From: Candidatus Wukongarchaeum yapensis
Lineage (GTDB): Archaea; Asgardarchaeota; Wukongarchaeia; Wukongarchaeales; Wukongarchaeaceae
NCBI GenBank assembly: GCA_016840425.1
Contig: JAEOSI010000077.1
Coordinates: 1-9,050 of the forward strand
Reading direction: 5' to 3'
Length of the DNA: 9,050 nt
Shown here piece by piece: positions 7,334 to 9,050 of this stretch. A model generated the notes under the pieces. It did not search any database. It was not told where the DNA came from and saw only the letters and a list, made by a program, of their open reading frames with translations. Every line of letters begins with the position of its first letter. Position 1 is the stretch's first letter. A program made the position numbers and the translations under genes.

Positions 7334-7752
7334 GAACGTTTATTCGGTTAACCCTTTATTTCTTTTTCTGCAAGAAAAGAAAAAAATTCGAAAACTGTAC
7401 TGAGGTTGTTGTCAGAGGGGTTTCCCCCCTTGCTCGGAGAGGGATTCAAAAAAGGATTATGCTCCAGCGGGCTGTGAAACGATTCAAAGACCTGTTGAGA
7501 AAGGCTTTGATAATGAGAACAGGTAAGGAACTGCACACTATCAGCGAACATTACACCCCTTAAATATGCCCAAGATGTAATGCAAAAGGAAAAGAATAAA
7601 AGGTGGAGAGAATAGGACAGGCTGTTATAAGATGTGGTAATTGCGGTTATGAAAACACAGACCTCGTAGGCGCCATAAACATAAAAACAAAAAAATACAG
7701 GAACAAACTTTTAGATGAAATAGAAATGGAATATAGGAGGAAAAAAACGTAA
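7333..7752 (+). pseudogene. tnpB: TnpB / Cas12f-like RNA-guided nuclease pseudogene, C-terminal half only
   Basis: Frame 1 translates ..EVVVRGVSPLARRG..KRFKDLLRKAL...GKELHTISEHYTP*ICPRC..KGKE*..IRCGNCGYENTDLVGAINI..*. This is the TnpB order of RuvC-II region, YTS-x-x-CPxC/CxxCG zinc ribbon and RuvC-III DxxxAxNI. In-frame TAA at 7561-7563 and 7597-7599, AGA (Arg) at 7414-7416 where the RuvC-II Glu is expected, and no N-terminal half. Confidence 0.85.
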
Positions 7753-7766
7753 AAAAAGTTCAGATC

Positions 7767-7851
7767 GTGGCTGTACAGAGCCACACCACGAGGACCGCAA
7801 GAGTCGCGGTCACCTAAGGGTTGCAAAAAAAGATCCCTTTGTGAGACAAAG
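7767..7851 (+). other. Three hairpins after the tnpB remnant (candidate reRNA scaffold/right end, or terminator structure)
   Basis: GTGGCT/AGCCAC (7767-7784), GACCGC/GCGGTC (7793-7811) and CTTTGT/ACAAAG (7837-7851), each a perfect 6-bp stem. Confidence 0.5.
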
Positions 7852-7861
7852 AAAGACTCTG

Positions 7862-8521
7862 TTATTTGATGAGGCTTTTAGCTTCTTCTACGCTTTTTAA
7901 GACATCGTTCTCTAGGAGATCTATTTCTTTATCCAGTCCCTTTAAATCCTTATTTAGCAAGCCTCCACCCATGATTATTTTCACTTTTCCCCTTAATCCT
8001 TCTTTTTTTAAGCGTTCTATGATCTTTTTTATTGTGGGTATTGTCACAGTATATTCCGCAGATATTACTAGTAGATTCGCATCCATTTCCTTTATTTTTT
8101 TTACGATCATATCAGGAGATGCTGGTTGGCGGAAGTTGTATACATTAAAACCGTTGACTTTGAACAATGGCGCTAAGACCTCTTTTACCATTATGTGACC
8201 CTCACCTGTAACACAAGCAACTATTGCTTTGCCTATTGGGGGGTCTGGTACTTTAATATTTGCATCTATCTCCATTGAGAGCCTATACAAGGTCATAAGG
8301 GATTCTGTCCATTTTTTCATTGCCTCTTTTTCTTCTTCGCTAAACTCTGGAACTGAACATATTGCCTCTCCTATTTCTAAAACTGCTTTTAAAACACCAT
8401 TCTCTAAAATAGTTTTGATATCAGTATCTTGGTTTAAAAGCGTTCTAAGGCTTGAAGAGGCTTTACTACTATCCCCCTCTTTAAGGCTCTCAATTAGTTC
8501 TTTTAAGGCTGGGTTATCCAT
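7862..8521 (-). CDS. Cobalamin-binding (corrinoid) protein, MtbC/MtmC-like two-domain architecture with a non-canonical B12 motif
   Basis: 219 aa: helical cap, then GKAIVACVTGEGHIMVKEV..LF..NGFNVY, LLVISAEYTVT, LKKEGLRGKVKIIMGGG. RBS GAGGAG upstream. Confidence 0.85.
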   Translation of the reverse strand: MDNPALKELIESLKEGDSSKASSSLRTLLNQDTDIKTILENGVLKAVLEIGEAICSVPEFSEEEKEAMKKWTESLMTLYRLSMEIDANIKVPDPPIGKAIVACVTGEGHIMVKEVLAPLFKVNGFNVYNFRQPASPDMIVKKIKEMDANLLVISAEYTVTIPTIKKIIERLKKEGLRGKVKIIMGGGLLNKDLKGLDKEIDLLENDVLKSVEEAKSLIK

Positions 8522-8584
8522 TTTTGGTCTCTCCTCTTTTAATTAATAATTTTTGAAAATCTATTAAATCTCTTTATATCGTCA

Positions 8585-8600
8585 TATTTAAAAATTTCGA
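8585..8600 (-). promoter_or_regulatory. Putative archaeal promoter (BRE CGAAA + TTTAAATA) for the corrinoid protein gene
   Basis: The - strand reads TCGAAATT-TTTAAATA about 65 nt upstream of ATG 8521. Confidence 0.6.
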
Positions 8601-8618
8601 TATGAATATCCTAAAGAA

Positions 8619-8642
8619 AACAAATACCCAAACAAATACCCA
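8619..8642. repeat. Perfect 12-bp tandem repeat AACAAATACCCA x2
   Basis: Copies at 8619-8630 and 8631-8642, in the divergent promoter region. Confidence 0.85.
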
Positions 8643-8880
8643 GACCAATATTAATCTAAAAACTTCAGATAAAAGAAAACTTAAACAAAAAAATCATTAA
8701 TAGAGAACTAGAGAAAAATTAAGATAAATTTTTATTTATTTATCTTAAAACTATTTTATTCCTAATTGTAAAGTATTTAAATGCTTGAAAAACTATTTTA
8801 CATTATGACGTAAAAAATAAATAAAAACTTGACTTGATTTTCTATGAGAATACTATGAGGAACTAACAGAGGGAAAAACA

Positions 8881-9050
8881 ATGGAAGACATACCAGTCGA
8901 GATCCTAGAGTTGCTTGAAAGAAGCAAAGTCCGTCGAAAAGTCCTTAAATTTCTCGCAGAACAGTCTTTACCAAGCTATGTTAACCAAATAGCGAAAAAA
9001 ATTAAAACAGCTTCTCGAAATGTCAGCGCTGCCCTAAAAATTTTTGAAGA
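8881..9050 (+). CDS. Archaeal winged-helix DNA-binding protein (DUF1495/ArsR-like), 3' truncated by window edge; not in ORF track
   Basis: MEDIPVEILELLERSKVRRKVLKFLAEQSLPSYVNQIAKKIKTASRNVSAALKIFE.. The RSKVRRKVL...SY...IA....S.NV..AL pattern resembles archaeal DUF1495 wHTH proteins. RBS GAGGG at 8869-8873, and a TATA-like TTTAAAT at 8776-8782. Confidence 0.7.
   Translation, partial: MEDIPVEILELLERSKVRRKVLKFLAEQSLPSYVNQIAKKIKTASRNVSAALKIFE

Noticed and set aside
7348-7551. ORF-track 67-aa ORF (-)
   Set aside because: It is an antisense shadow of the tnpB pseudogene on the + strand.
7561-7599. Pyrrolysine/selenocysteine read-through, suggested by the methylamine-type context
   Set aside because: Both internal stops in the tnpB frame are TAA. 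The only TAG stop (flavin reductase, 2890-2892) falls at the normal family C-terminus, and the TGA at 1891 is followed immediately by TAA.
7862-8521. CarH/LitR-type B12 photoreceptor
   Set aside because: ExH is present, but the W-x9-EH motif and a DNA-binding domain are absent.
372-8546. Remaining short antisense ORFs in the track (e.g. 372..641, 1053..1274, 1320..1613, 1615..1950, 2431..2655, 3532..3753, 4188..4547, 4701..4898, 5704..5919, 6043..6276, 6556..6873, 7866..8198, 8229..8546)
   Set aside because: All lie opposite well-supported genes and show the Ser/Phe/Ile-rich composition of antisense shadows.

Overview
Archaeal, AT-rich window (BRE/TATA promoters, GGTGA/GGAGG ribosome-binding sites) centred on corrinoid and cofactor handling. 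The + strand operon has an Mrp/NBP35 Fe-S carrier (5'-truncated), alpha-ribazole phosphatase CobZ and two tandem, divergent Mer/luciferase-like (LLM) oxidoreductases. These are followed by a convergent flavin-reductase-like gene, then a small winged-helix protein and a COG0523/CobW-type GTPase. On the - strand are a RamA-type corrinoid reductive activase and an atypical B12-binding protein, and a divergent wHTH gene runs off the right edge. The ORF track misses two IS200/IS605 (TnpB)-related relics that flank ramA. The first is a ~330-nt GC-rich, heavily base-paired, ORF-less segment (5071-~5413, - strand) ending in a typical IS200/IS605 right end (hairpin + ...GAGGAGGTCAA), a candidate stand-alone omega/reRNA. 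The second is a TnpB/Cas12f-like pseudogene (7333-7752, + strand, two in-frame TAA) followed by three hairpins. A perfect 53-bp tandem duplication lies upstream of ramA. No cognate methyltransferase, CRISPR array, rRNA or tRNA is visible. All calls come from motif recognition and manual base-pairing, not from database searches.
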